64,000 nucleotides of DNA, from positions 864,001-928,000 of the forward strand of contig CP181291.1 of assembly GCA_052279835.1 (NCBI GenBank), read 5' to 3'. Source of the DNA: Microcoleus sp. GTDB lineage: Bacteria > Cyanobacteriota > Cyanobacteriia > Cyanobacteriales > Microcoleaceae. A program made the translations under genes and the position numbers. Positions 40,301-51,190 of this stretch are shown here, in pieces. Every line of letters starts with the position of its first letter. Position 1 is the first letter of the stretch. The notes beneath the pieces are model-generated. The model was not told the DNA's origin. It saw nothing but the letters and a program-made list of their open reading frames with translations, and ran no database searches.

Positions 40301-41857
40301 GACCCCGCAAATACTAGCACTAACTTCACGCTACCGAGGAGTCTTACTGCGGGGCAGAACTACAATTTTGCTGTTGAAGCTGTGAGTAATAGCGGCGCTG
40401 TGACCAAAGATTTGGGGCAGTTTAAAACCATACCTCCTGATAGCAACAGTCCTTTCAGCAGCGTGAGCGTATTGACTCATGGTTTTACACTTTTGCCTAA
40501 CCAATCTGGGATTCCTGATTCCTTTTTCCAAATGGCAAATAAAATTGCCACTGTTAGCGGCAATACACCGGAAAACAGCGGGTTAATTATGCGCTACGAC
40601 AAGCCTACAGGTAACTGGATTCCTATAGATTTACAGGGACGGGTGATCACTAATTTGACGGGGGGGCTTAACACCAGCGAACCTAATTATCTCTCTACTT
40701 TGGTCAATAACTTAAAAGCCGGGGTATTTATAGATGGAAAGGAGATTAAATACCTCAACAAGAACAAACCGTTAGTATTGCTGAATGAATGGTCGTTGGA
40801 CAGAGAATCAGTTATTCCTGACGTTGGCTTTTCTGAGGGCGCGGCTGATGCAATATTTGCTTCTATGGTGCAGTTAGATTTGGCGTTGGGGGGTGGCGTT
40901 GGAGAGTATGAAGGCAATCAATTAAAGCGGTTGTACGATAGCCAAGGGAAGCTGATTCGCCAGCAGGGAGATTTGTTCAATTCGCCCATGCACTTCATGG
41001 GTTTCAGTCGGGGCACTGTTGTCAATAGCGAAATCGTACAGCGTTTAGGGACTTTCTTCCCCCAAGCTGGCGGGGTACAGGGTTCTAACAATCGTGACTT
41101 GCAAATGACAACAATCGACCCGCACGACTTTTACCAACCTAGTTTGAATTTACAATTACCTGGTTTTATCAGCACAAATTTCAGCGATTTCTACGAACCC
41201 AAGGTTCAGGTTTGGAATAATGTGACATGGGCTGATAACTATTATCAGACTGTGGCTGACCCGAATGGTGTTACTGCTACTCCTAATGGTCGTGCTTTGG
41301 GTCTACTTCCACAAGAGGAATTGGATAAGAATCCCAAACCTGCTGGACTGAATTTTCCTAAAACTAATGGCGATCCTTTAGGGAAAGCAGACCGAGAGAT
41401 TTTACTAGGTACTCGTAATGAGGAACCAAGTCGGATAAATAGTCGGATTGGGTTTACGAAAGATGATGATATTGGAGGAACGCACAAGCGGGCTTGGACT
41501 TGGTATGCGGGGACGGTTGATTTGGATTTAGACCAAGTGCAAACTCAGTATCCTCATGCTTCAAATCCAAATGTTCCGGAATCGATTAATGACCAATTGG
41601 GTGAAAGGGATGCGAACCAATGGTTCGATCCTAATTTCCCGGCAGCTAGACCTTGGTATGATAATGCTAGCGGTGAGGGGATTGGTGAAGGCTGGTTTTA
41701 TTCTGTTTTGGGTGGGGGGAAAGAGCAGCGTCAGTATAGCCCTACTGGGCGCGTTCCGGTTAGTTTTGATAATACGCTTGAAGCTGGGATGCGGGGGGAT
41801 TATGCGGTTCCTACTCTATTTAATGGGAATTTTGACCAGTTTATGCAGTATGACTGA
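34312..41857 (+). CDS. Giant surface/secreted-type protein (low-complexity N-term, DUF4114-like, Ig-like, beta-propeller, alpha/beta-hydrolase-like); +1 frameshift at ~34965
   Basis: 34312-34977 joins the 2192-aa frame if one T of GTTTACC is removed; FALED..DRDYNDLIF; AVTSDGNRVY repeats; VLTHGF, GFSRG, IDPHD. Confidence 0.75.
34840..34962 (+). repeat. 42-bp coding tandem repeat (DKLEPNKTVPATVS)x3
   Basis: Direct; ends at the frameshift site. Confidence 0.8.
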
Positions 41858-43055
41858 TATTTCTCAGGTTACGAGTGCCTACTTAAATAACTTTAACGCA
41901 GTAGGATTTGGTCGAGACGGTTTTGAAACTTTCCAGATTAATTTGCAAACTAACAATGCTTTCACTAAATTATATCGGGGTCAACCAGCTACTTTGAAGT
42001 TTGAATTAGAAGGGGGTGATCCCGTTTACCTAGATAATGCTTTCTTTAAGAGCGATTCTCTGAATTTTGGTAATCCTACTGAAGCTAGATGGGATATCAA
42101 CGAACCCGCTAAAAATCCTTATCAAACCAATTTATTGCTTGAGAAGCCACAGTACACATCGTCTTATAATGCTGTCACTGGATTACCTAACTGGGTTAGT
42201 TGGCAAGTTGACAATACTTGGAGTCAGCGATTCGTCGGTCGCACTGGAGATCAATTTATCGTTGACCCCGACTTACCTGGTAGCCCTAACTTCCCAACTT
42301 GGCCTCGCCTTGATGGGACGATGTATCAAGGTAGTGGACTTGATAAAGGTCATCTTGTCCCTGATAAAGATAGAAATAGAAACCTGAAAGATGCTCTTGC
42401 TACCTATATGAGCACAAACTTAATCCCGCAAGCAATAGACAATAATCGGCTTTTCCGCAATAAGGCAACAGGTCGATTTGACCCCGATATTTCGCCTGCA
42501 TGGTCTGCAATAGAATCAGGATTAGTTGACAAGCTAATTTTTGATTACAACAAAAAACTTGATATTACTGCTGGTGTTTTTGATACTAAAGAACAGAATT
42601 GGTCTATCCAGCCAAGAACTAGAGCACCTGAAGCACTTACGGAAGCACAAAATCAGGGAAATACAAATCCCACAAATTTAGAAGCTAACGGAATTCGGAT
42701 TCCTGGATGGACATGGAAAACAATCTTGGTTTCCAACAAATCAAGTCTTGAGGTGCAAGATATTCTTGGCAGTTACACCTATATTACGCCCAACATACCA
42801 GAACCTTACACGGACTGGAACGGGCAACCAGCAGTCCCGAACCCACTTAATCAACTGTTAGGGGAAAACCGCGCTCCCATCACAAGTTCTGAACAATGGC
42901 GAACACCAAGTACATGGAGGATTTCTATTAATCAGCTTGAAAACCTTCTGAATACTCAGGGTTCTGACAAGGTTTTTAACTTTTTGTCAAATCTTCCTGA
43001 AGATGTTCGGAATCGAATTAAACAACAGAGCGATTTCCAGTTTCCACCTCCCTAA
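41850..43055 (+). CDS. DNA/RNA non-specific endonuclease (His-Me finger, NucA/Endonuclease_NS), probably the detached C-terminus of the giant protein
   Basis: PNWVSWQ, LDKGHLVP, TNLIPQ..NN, WSAIE, IP..TWK; ATG overlaps the upstream stop (ATGACTGA). Confidence 0.82.
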   Translation: MTDISQVTSAYLNNFNAVGFGRDGFETFQINLQTNNAFTKLYRGQPATLKFELEGGDPVYLDNAFFKSDSLNFGNPTEARWDINEPAKNPYQTNLLLEKPQYTSSYNAVTGLPNWVSWQVDNTWSQRFVGRTGDQFIVDPDLPGSPNFPTWPRLDGTMYQGSGLDKGHLVPDKDRNRNLKDALATYMSTNLIPQAIDNNRLFRNKATGRFDPDISPAWSAIESGLVDKLIFDYNKKLDITAGVFDTKEQNWSIQPRTRAPEALTEAQNQGNTNPTNLEANGIRIPGWTWKTILVSNKSSLEVQDILGSYTYITPNIPEPYTDWNGQPAVPNPLNQLLGENRAPITSSEQWRTPSTWRISINQLENLLNTQGSDKVFNFLSNLPEDVRNRIKQQSDFQFPPP

Positions 43056-43194
43056 GTCCAACTTGCTTGGGATTTACGCAGAACTATTATTAAATAGGTT
43101 GGGGAGATATCTAAATGTTCAAAAGATTACTGTTCCCTCAATGCTCTGCGTAAGTCCTGTTTTACTCAACAGATATATCCACATGGCAACTTCT

Positions 43195-44145
43195 TCAAAA
43201 TCTATCATACCTAATCTTTTCCGGGTAGCTCTCACTAGAATTCATTGGTCCGGGGATAAATTCTCCAGTTCTCCAGGTAGTATTACAGAAATACATATCT
43301 TCTTCTATATCCAAAAAATCTTGAATCCCTTCAAAATTGCTTCCTGTAAAATCAGGAGCATACATATCACGCACTTGTAAGTAAGCACCTCTAAGATCGC
43401 AGTAAATTATTTCAGGATTTCGCCATTCGCAGTTACTTAAATGGGTATTTCTTAAGTCACTAAAAATAATCCGTTTAATCCCACTAAAATTACAATTAGT
43501 CAATCTAGCACTGGTCAAATTCATGTGACTGAAGTAAGTTTGTCCTGAAAATTTAACGCCAGACAAACTAACATTACTTAGATCGACTTCATGCAAAACT
43601 AGATCCCGAAACTCTCTTTCACCTTCATCATAAAGTCTGAGAAATTCCTGAACGTCTGTCAGTCTGTGAGAATCAGTTTGTACCTGGCCATTAGGCATAA
43701 TAGTTTGACAAAAAATAGTATCTTTTGTCGTTTTAATGTCAGTAATATTAGCTCCTGTTAGATTAGCTCCAATGAGATCGGCACCGCTCAAATTAGCACC
43801 ACTTAAATCAGCATTAGTTAAGTCAGCATTAGTTAGGTCAGAATTAGTTAAGTGAGCGTTTCTGAGATTGGCTCCTCTCAAGTTAGCATTGAGCAGGAAA
43901 GCCGATCCTAAAGAAACTTTTTCCATATTGGCATCGCTCAGATTGGCGTTAATTAGACGAGTCCGCCCCAACTTAAAGTTAGCCCATCTCAGATCTGCCC
44001 GGCTGAGATTAATATCAATGAAACAAGGCCAGTCAAGACGAGCGTATTTTAAATCAATCCCTATAAAGTTTCGCTCTCCGGCTCTATACCGTTGAATCAT
44101 ATCAGAGCCAGCGATGAGTCCCTTAGCAATTTCTTGAATATTCAT
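43195..44145 (-). CDS. Pentapeptide-repeat protein with two (R/L)Y..GER.F units
   Basis: RYRAGERNF and LYDEGEREF each followed by pentapeptide repeats. Confidence 0.85.
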   Translation of the reverse strand: MNIQEIAKGLIAGSDMIQRYRAGERNFIGIDLKYARLDWPCFIDINLSRADLRWANFKLGRTRLINANLSDANMEKVSLGSAFLLNANLRGANLRNAHLTNSDLTNADLTNADLSGANLSGADLIGANLTGANITDIKTTKDTIFCQTIMPNGQVQTDSHRLTDVQEFLRLYDEGEREFRDLVLHEVDLSNVSLSGVKFSGQTYFSHMNLTSARLTNCNFSGIKRIIFSDLRNTHLSNCEWRNPEIIYCDLRGAYLQVRDMYAPDFTGSNFEGIQDFLDIEEDMYFCNTTWRTGEFIPGPMNSSESYPEKIRYDRF

Positions 44146-44179
44146 AATTATTGTCTAAATTAGTTTACATCTTTAATTA

Positions 44180-44963
44180 TATAGCCTTTCTCAGGTAGAT
44201 GAGGTACAATAACAGCAGTGAGTAAACCAATTCCAGAAGTCTTGCTCCTCAACTTGCTCAAAGGCTCTCGTTATTGCTTCAGACAATGCTTTATAAGTTC
44301 TCGCACCCAAAGTACGGAGAATGCCTTTAACCTTAGACCAGAAATTTTCAATTGGGGAGAAATCCGGAGAATATGGGGGTAAAAATATTAACCTTGCCCC
44401 CGCTTTTTTAATGGCTTTTTCTATTTCTTCCCCTTTGTGAATGCCATAGTTGTCCATTAATACACAAGCACCTTTCCAGAGTTGGGGAACGAGTTTTCTG
44501 ATAATAAAAGCCTCGAAAGTAATGCCATCTATTGAACCTACTAAATTCACGGATGTTAAAACTTTTTTGACGGATATTGCTCCCAATATCGATACATTTT
44601 TGCCACGTCTATTCGGTTTGGGTCCCCTAGCTCTTGAACCTTTTAACGATCGGGCATACAACCTAACCATAGCTAGATTCACCCCGGACTCATCAATAAA
44701 GATTAAGTCCTGTACGTTCAGGTTGTTCACTTGTTTCCAGAACTCATATCGGAGGTTTTGAACTCTTTCACTGCCCTTGGCTGACGGAAAGAGCGTTTTT
44801 TTTTGAAAGTCATTTTCAACCGTTGGGTCATTCTTCCCATTGTGGCTCGGCTGACAGTAACACCGATTTTTTCGTGGAGTAATTCGCAGAGTTCTTCGAG
44901 AGTAGCATCGTTTTCGTAAACATTAATTATTTTTTGCCGCAAGTCAACAGAGTAAAATTTCAT
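44180..44963 (-). mobile_element. Defective IS630-family element (orfA/orfB with A9 -1 frameshift site)
   Basis: IFIDESG, MDN, LPPYSPDFSPIE DDE core; T9 at 44796-44804; orfA MKFYSVDLRQKI..YEN/DATLEEL appears internally deleted; only one terminal end seen. Confidence 0.85.
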
Positions 44964-45081
44964 TTTTGATTGATGTCTGATATTTTTTGTGATCTGCGCG
45001 ATCGACTGCACTAGCCCGATCGACTGCACTAGCCCGAACAGCTTAATTGATATACCGCAGTAATCTCAAATCACAAATCCA

Positions 45082-45834
45082 ATGATAGAATTAATTCACG
45101 ATCGCTTTGCCAAAGAATATCTCACAACTTTACTATCTACCATCGGCACGGTTCATGTTCATCAATGCACCAATTCAAATGATGGGGAAATAAATCAAGA
45201 AAAACCAGCGACAGAAGTGATTCACAATCGCTTTGCCAAAAACTTATTACAGGAATTTCTGTCTCCCCTCGGAACGGTTAATGTTAGGCGCGATGTCACT
45301 TCAGAAATCCGCGAAATCCCTATCTACTTTACTCAAACCACTTCCCAACCGCAAGATATCGAAAATTTGGGACTATTGGGGAGAATGGCCGGCCCGACAG
45401 CAATTTTTGAACCTTTGGGCAACCCAATTATCAAAAATGATATGTGGGATTGTATGGGCAAATACCTCAAGTTACGTGTTGAATTAGAAGAGAAATTCAA
45501 AAAACAAAATATTCCCTGGGATCTATCTGCATTCCCAATGCTTTGGATTCTCACTCCTACGGCTTCAGACGATTTTTTAGCAGGATTTGGGGCCTTTCCA
45601 GACGAAGCAAATTGGATGAAGGGAATGTATTTTTTGGGTTCGGCTTTTCGATCGGCAATTGTCGTCATCCATCAATTGCCAGAAATACCGGAAACTCTAT
45701 GGTTGAGGATGTTGGGCAGAGGAGAAGTGCAGCAGCGGGCGATCGCCGAATTAAAAAAATTAGCGTTAGATAACCCTCTGCGGATTAGCGCGTTAGAATT
45801 TTGGAACGAAGAAGGCAAGAACAGCAACGCTTAA
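45082..45834 (+). CDS. Cyanobacterial hypothetical protein (Rpn/PD-(D/E)XK-like) with duplicated N-terminal motif
   Basis: IHDRFAKEYL..LS.IGTV and IHNRFAKNLL..LS.LGTV; LWILTPTAS; IHQLPEIPETLWLRMLGRG. Confidence 0.6.
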   Translation: MIELIHDRFAKEYLTTLLSTIGTVHVHQCTNSNDGEINQEKPATEVIHNRFAKNLLQEFLSPLGTVNVRRDVTSEIREIPIYFTQTTSQPQDIENLGLLGRMAGPTAIFEPLGNPIIKNDMWDCMGKYLKLRVELEEKFKKQNIPWDLSAFPMLWILTPTASDDFLAGFGAFPDEANWMKGMYFLGSAFRSAIVVIHQLPEIPETLWLRMLGRGEVQQRAIAELKKLALDNPLRISALEFWNEEGKNSNA

Positions 45835-46484
45835 TTTTAGAGAACTTTCTGCAACTACGATAGCTAGGGGTAAGGAGCTTTTACCCCTCAGCCTCTCACC
45901 CCCTCTCTCTCTTTTTCCCCCTCACCCCCTCTCTCTCCCTCACCCCTCACCCCCTCACCCCCTCGCCCCCTCTTCCTTCAACATCAGCCATACTACGACG
46001 AGATCGGGTTCGGTTATCTCGCATCCCACCATCTAGGCAGTACGAAAATTTCAAGCGATGATAGAACAGAGAGCAAAAAAACTCTCGATTTGCATGAGTC
46101 TGTTTGCATGAGTATTGTGAAGTCGAACTACGGTCAAAACTAGCAGGGAATTTAAAACCTTAAGGAAAAATGTAGAATGTTCACCTTAAGACAGAGGTTT
46201 TTGCCCTTTACTAACCTCAAAATTTGGAATAATATTGAGCAAAGTAAACTGAAATTCACTTCGCCTTGAACTAGCCGTTAAAGCTAGCGAGTTACCGAAA
46301 ATCAACGAGGATTGCTGGAAAATCAAGCTTAAAAGTAATCCCCAACAAAAAGCTTCTACCGATCGTTACCGATGAACAGGAGGGGAAACATCTCCCCCTG
46401 TAGCAGTCTGTATCCCACTTGCAAAAGTGGGACAGGGTATCACCAACTTTTTATCTGTTGTTACAAGGAGTGCAATACTCACCC

Positions 46485-47489
46485 ATGTCCACCACAACCG
46501 CCAAAAACAAAACAGTGAAAGCCGATCGCATGGGCACTCGGCCATACTCCTCAACGGATACGGTTCGTACCTATCTGCACGAGATCGGTCGCGTGCCACT
46601 ACTTACCCGAGAAGAAGAAATTATTTTAGGGAAGCAAGTGCAGCAAATGATGAAATTAGTCGAAGCAAAACAAGCACTTGTTAAAGAATGGCAGCGCGAT
46701 CTGACTCCCCAAGAGTGGGCAGCCGAAATGGAGTTGACCGAAGCTGAACTAAGCCGGATCTTGCATTTAGGACGACGCGCCAAACAAAAGATGATTGAAG
46801 CGAATCTGCGCCTAGTAGTCGCGATCGCCAAAAAATACCAGAAACGCAACATGGAATTCTTGGATTTAATTCAAGAAGGCACCCTCGGTTTAGAACGAGG
46901 AGTCGAAAAATTTGACCCGATGCGGGGATACAAATTTTCTACCTATGCCTACTGGTGGATTCGGCAAGCAATTACTCGCGCGATCGCCCAACACGCCCGC
47001 ACCATTCGCTTACCCATTCACATCACTGAAAAACTCAACAAAATCAAAAAAGTGCAGCGGGAACTCACTCAACAATTGGGCCGGTCTCCCACACCAACAG
47101 AAATTGCCGACTTGTTGGAACTGCACCCATCCCAAATTCGGGAATACCTACTAATGTCTAGGCATCCAGTTTCCTTGGACTTGCGGGTAGGAGACAACCA
47201 AGATACCGAACTCCAAGAACTTCTAGAAGACGAAACCGCATCTCCAGAAAATTACATTACTTCAGAATTGTTGCGGCAAGACCTCGATACTTTGATATCA
47301 GAACTTACGCCTCAGCAACGAGATGTCATAATTCTGCGTTTCGGCTTAGAAGACGGCATTGAAATGTCTCTAGCAAAAGTTGGAGAACGGCTCAATCTCA
47401 GCCGGGAACGGGTGAGGCAACTAGAACATCAAGCCCTCGCCCACCTCCGACGCCGCCAAGCTCAAGTCCGAGAATACCTAGCTAGCTAG
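46485..47489 (+). CDS. Group 2 sigma70 factor (SigB-like)
   Basis: DTVRTYLHEIGRVPLL, ANLRLVVAIAKKY, GYKFSTYAYWWIRQ, SRERVRQLE. Confidence 0.92.
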   Translation: MSTTTAKNKTVKADRMGTRPYSSTDTVRTYLHEIGRVPLLTREEEIILGKQVQQMMKLVEAKQALVKEWQRDLTPQEWAAEMELTEAELSRILHLGRRAKQKMIEANLRLVVAIAKKYQKRNMEFLDLIQEGTLGLERGVEKFDPMRGYKFSTYAYWWIRQAITRAIAQHARTIRLPIHITEKLNKIKKVQRELTQQLGRSPTPTEIADLLELHPSQIREYLLMSRHPVSLDLRVGDNQDTELQELLEDETASPENYITSELLRQDLDTLISELTPQQRDVIILRFGLEDGIEMSLAKVGERLNLSRERVRQLEHQALAHLRRRQAQVREYLAS

Positions 47490-47494
47490 CACCT

Positions 47495-47533
47495 AAAAGA
47501 GTTTAGATTATCCCCAAAATCTAAACTCTTTTT
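47495..47533 (+). terminator. Intrinsic terminator after the sigma gene
   Basis: AAAAGAGTTTAGATT-loop-AATCTAAACTCTTTTT. Confidence 0.75.
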
Positions 47534-47618
47534 ACCTATGGGTGCTGGGGTTGGGATATTGTTATATCAATGGTAAATCGCCAAATTTGTCAACCCAAAT
47601 CTTGCACTTATTTTAAAT

Positions 47619-48224
47619 GTGATACTTATAGCCACCTTGTCGGTAGTTAAGACATTTTTACTTACTAAAATCATTAATTTTATTGCAGTTTCAAATCGAC
47701 TTTTGCCTTCGGCATTCTGCTATGGTGTCAGTCTACAAGTATGGGCGATCGCCCTGGGCTTTTCCCCCAGTAACTTCAGCCACCCATTCCCCGCTGCGCA
47801 ACTCCTGGTAGGCCAGTCAACTCCAGATGGGGCACAGCAAAGTGAGTTAAAACCCGTTGTGGGCGATCAAGCTGTCCCAAATTCAACGCCCGATGCAGCT
47901 AGGATAGACGCCACACAGAGTATTTACCTCTACGGTCAGTCTGCTGAGCCAGAACAAATTAAACAAGAGTATTTTGTATTTGAAGTGCGTCAGGGTAAGG
48001 TAGTCGGCGCTTTTTACCTACCTCGCTCTGCTTTTTACTGTTTTTACGGCAGTATAGAGGTAACTGAGTTAAATTTAACAGTAGTAGATACCTACGATGG
48101 CAGTCGCTCTCCCTACTCGGTAAACCTGCAACAGTATTACCACCTTTCCACTGTCAGTGACAACGATCGGCGAATCTTGGGTATTTGCAAGAGAGCTCAC
48201 CAGGACGAAGTGTGGGGAAAGTAG
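47619..48224 (+). CDS. Hypothetical exported protein (start uncertain)
   Basis: YLYGQS.EPEQI..EYFVFE..VVGAFY.P.S.F.CF.G motif. Confidence 0.65.
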   Translation: MILIATLSVVKTFLLTKIINFIAVSNRLLPSAFCYGVSLQVWAIALGFSPSNFSHPFPAAQLLVGQSTPDGAQQSELKPVVGDQAVPNSTPDAARIDATQSIYLYGQSAEPEQIKQEYFVFEVRQGKVVGAFYLPRSAFYCFYGSIEVTELNLTVVDTYDGSRSPYSVNLQQYYHLSTVSDNDRRILGICKRAHQDEVWGK

Positions 48225-48611
48225 CCCCGGCATTACCATCTGAGTCAGCGGAAAGTTGCCTCTCTCAAAAATGCTGAAAAACCCCGTTATATCGTTTCCG
48301 GTTGCATGGGAATGATTTGACCTTACTAGAACGCAGAGAACACAGAGGGAGATAAGAGAGATGAATAATTCCCATGCTACGGGATTTGATATTAATTCCT
48401 GGATGCTTTCTGGTCAAATCCCTGATTTTTCCTAAACACGGCTTTCTTTACCGACAACATAGCTGTGATCTGAATACCTGAAGTCAGAATATTTAAACTG
48501 TATACTGCTTAACAAGTCAAACTTGGGCAAATCAGCAGTCATAGTTCAACTAACTGCGGTAAAGTTGCTCCTAAGTTGAAACTTTCAGACCGACAAACTA
48601 TACTCGGCAAC

Positions 48612-51155
48612 ATGAAACTGCGTCGGAAGACACTCTCGATAGTTGGGATTACCATTGCTGGATTGACTGGTGTTCTGTACGCCACATCCTCCCGCATCCT
48701 GTTGGGTAGCTTAGTCAAAGCCGAGGAACAGGAAGCCACTCAGGTTGTCCAAGGAGTGCTCAATGTCTTCAGTCAAACCGCAGATGACTTCAACTCCCGC
48801 TTTGCAGACTGGTCAGCGTGGGATGATACCTATGCTTTCATCCAAAATCGCAACAAAGAATTCATTGCCTCCAATCTGGTGCCAGAAGGGTTGGCTAATT
48901 TGAGAGTTAATATTGCAGTATTTGTCAATACTTCTGGCAAGATTGTTTACGGTACTGCTTTAGACACCAAAAAGCTGCAACTAAGGCCTGTTCCAGAGAC
49001 ATTAAAACAGCACATTTCCCTAAAAGACCCATTGTTGCAGCACCCCAACCCCGACAGCAGCCTGGCTGGTGTCATGTTGATGCCTTCTGGGCCGCTGCTG
49101 ATTAGTTCTCGACCAATTGTTACTACTAAAAGCACAGGACCGATTCGAGGGACTCTGGTGTTTGGGCGCAATTTGGACGCTGTTGGCATTGCGAAGCTTT
49201 CTAAAATCACTCGCCTACCGTTGATTGTACACAGTATTAATGAGCCGGACTTGCCTGCTGACTTCCAAAAAGTGCGGGCGAAATTGTCCAAAAAGAAATC
49301 GATTTTTGTGCGTGCTGTGAGCGAAGATTCGATCGCAGGTTACGCTTTAGTCAATGATATTTACAACCAACCCGCGCTGCTATTGCGGGTGGACATCCCC
49401 AGAGAAACCTATCGCCAAGGTCAAAAAAGTCTGTTATATCTTCTGGTGTCTGTAGGGTTGGCGGGTATCGGTTTTATCGGCTGCACTCTCCTGCTACTGG
49501 AATATCTGGTGCTTTCTCGGCTGAGCGATTTGGCCAAAGGAGTCAGTCGCGTCAGTGCTAGCCAAGATTTGTCACTGCGACTACCGGTGGTTGGTGAAGA
49601 TGAGTTGTCCGACCTTGCTTATACTATCAACGGAATGCTCAGCGCGATCGCCACTGCTGAAAACGAGCAAATAGAAGAAAAAGCAAGATACCAAGCCGTA
49701 GTCGAGCAGGCTACAGACTGTATCTTCCTCTGGGATGCTAAAACCCAACGCCTTCTGGAAGCGAATACAGCATTTATAAAATTGCTAGATTACAGCCCCG
49801 ATGTGATTTCGCAACTGACTATTTACGATATAGTAGCTTACTCGAAAGAGCTGATTGACGCCAATATTGAGTTCTTATTAGCGGACAAACAATTCCGAAT
49901 TGGCGAAGTCCTCTACCGTCGCCGAGACGGTTCCTGCGTAGATGTAGAAGTAAGCGGGAGTGTGATTTCCTACGGTGGGCGGGAGATTATTTGCACCGTT
50001 GTCCGCGACATTACCGAGCGCAAACAGGCTGAAGCCGAACTGCGAGCATCGGAAGAACGCTACCGACTTTTATTTAAGAAAAATCCCCATCCGATGTGGG
50101 TCTATGATTTAAAAACTCTGCAATTTATAGCTGTAAATCAGGCAGCTATAGAACACTACGGTTACACTCGCGAGGAGTTTATCACCATGACTGTTGTGGA
50201 AATTCTCCCTCCTGAAAATCCACTTAAATTAATCGAAAATCTACCTTTAGTAGATGACGAAATAACTTCTATCTCTCTCGACCAACACCAAAAGAAAAAT
50301 GGTGATATTATTGATGTACAAATTAATTCTTATGAGTTAGTATTTGACAACAGGAAAGCTAAGTTAGTATTAGCTCAGGATGTTACGCAGCGCTTGCAAG
50401 CCGAGACAGAACTTTATGAGGCGAAGGAAGCGGCAGAAGCAGCTAATTTGGCTAAGAGTCAGTTTTTGGCTAACATGAGCCACGAACTGCGAACTCCTCT
50501 AAATGCAATTATTGGCTACAGTGAAATTCTACAAGAAGATGCCTTGGAATTGGGGGAAGATGATTTTGTAATAGATTTGGAAAAAATTCACAGTGCCGGA
50601 AATCATTTATTAGGATTAATCAATGATATTCTGGATTTATCAAAAATTGAAGCAGGGCGCATGGAACTTGTTTTAGAAACTTTTGACTTGTCCGCTGCTC
50701 TTCAACAAGTAAAAACAACTGTGGAGCCTTTATTATTGAAGAACAAAAATCGCTTAAACATAGAATTTGAAGTCAATATAGGTGCCATTAACTCTGACCG
50801 AACTAAACTTATTCAAATTTTACTAAATTTACTTAGTAATGCAGCTAAGTTTACGCAGAATGGGACAGTGACACTCAGGGTGGAAAGAATTAAAAACGTA
50901 GAAAATCCTTGGGATTATGACTGTTTAATTTTTAAGTGTATCGATAGTGGAATTGGGATGAATTCCCAACAGGTAAAGAAGTTATTTCAACCTTTTACCC
51001 AAGCTGATGCTTCGACTACCCGCAAGTACGGAGGTACTGGTTTGGGTTTAGCAATAGGCCAGAAATATGCTCAGATGCTAGGGGGAGAAATTACGGTGCA
51101 GAGCGAGCTGGGTAAGGGGTCAACTTTTACTTTAATGTTATCTGCTGGGTTATAA
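48612..51155 (+). CDS. CHASE4-HAMP-PAS-PAS histidine kinase
   Basis: DWSAWDDTY, FLANMSHELRTPL, NLLSNAAKFT, DSGIG, GGTGLGL. Confidence 0.92.
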   Translation: MKLRRKTLSIVGITIAGLTGVLYATSSRILLGSLVKAEEQEATQVVQGVLNVFSQTADDFNSRFADWSAWDDTYAFIQNRNKEFIASNLVPEGLANLRVNIAVFVNTSGKIVYGTALDTKKLQLRPVPETLKQHISLKDPLLQHPNPDSSLAGVMLMPSGPLLISSRPIVTTKSTGPIRGTLVFGRNLDAVGIAKLSKITRLPLIVHSINEPDLPADFQKVRAKLSKKKSIFVRAVSEDSIAGYALVNDIYNQPALLLRVDIPRETYRQGQKSLLYLLVSVGLAGIGFIGCTLLLLEYLVLSRLSDLAKGVSRVSASQDLSLRLPVVGEDELSDLAYTINGMLSAIATAENEQIEEKARYQAVVEQATDCIFLWDAKTQRLLEANTAFIKLLDYSPDVISQLTIYDIVAYSKELIDANIEFLLADKQFRIGEVLYRRRDGSCVDVEVSGSVISYGGREIICTVVRDITERKQAEAELRASEERYRLLFKKNPHPMWVYDLKTLQFIAVNQAAIEHYGYTREEFITMTVVEILPPENPLKLIENLPLVDDEITSISLDQHQKKNGDIIDVQINSYELVFDNRKAKLVLAQDVTQRLQAETELYEAKEAAEAANLAKSQFLANMSHELRTPLNAIIGYSEILQEDALELGEDDFVIDLEKIHSAGNHLLGLINDILDLSKIEAGRMELVLETFDLSAALQQVKTTVEPLLLKNKNRLNIEFEVNIGAINSDRTKLIQILLNLLSNAAKFTQNGTVTLRVERIKNVENPWDYDCLIFKCIDSGIGMNSQQVKKLFQPFTQADASTTRKYGGTGLGLAIGQKYAQMLGGEITVQSELGKGSTFTLMLSAGL

Positions 51156-51190
51156 ATCGATTGGGGAGAGCAGAATTTATCCCACAGTGA

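Noticed and set aside
41556..41849. N-terminal 98 aa of the 499-aa ORF
   Set aside because: Out-of-frame overlap with the giant gene; nuclease-related sequence starts around ATG 41850
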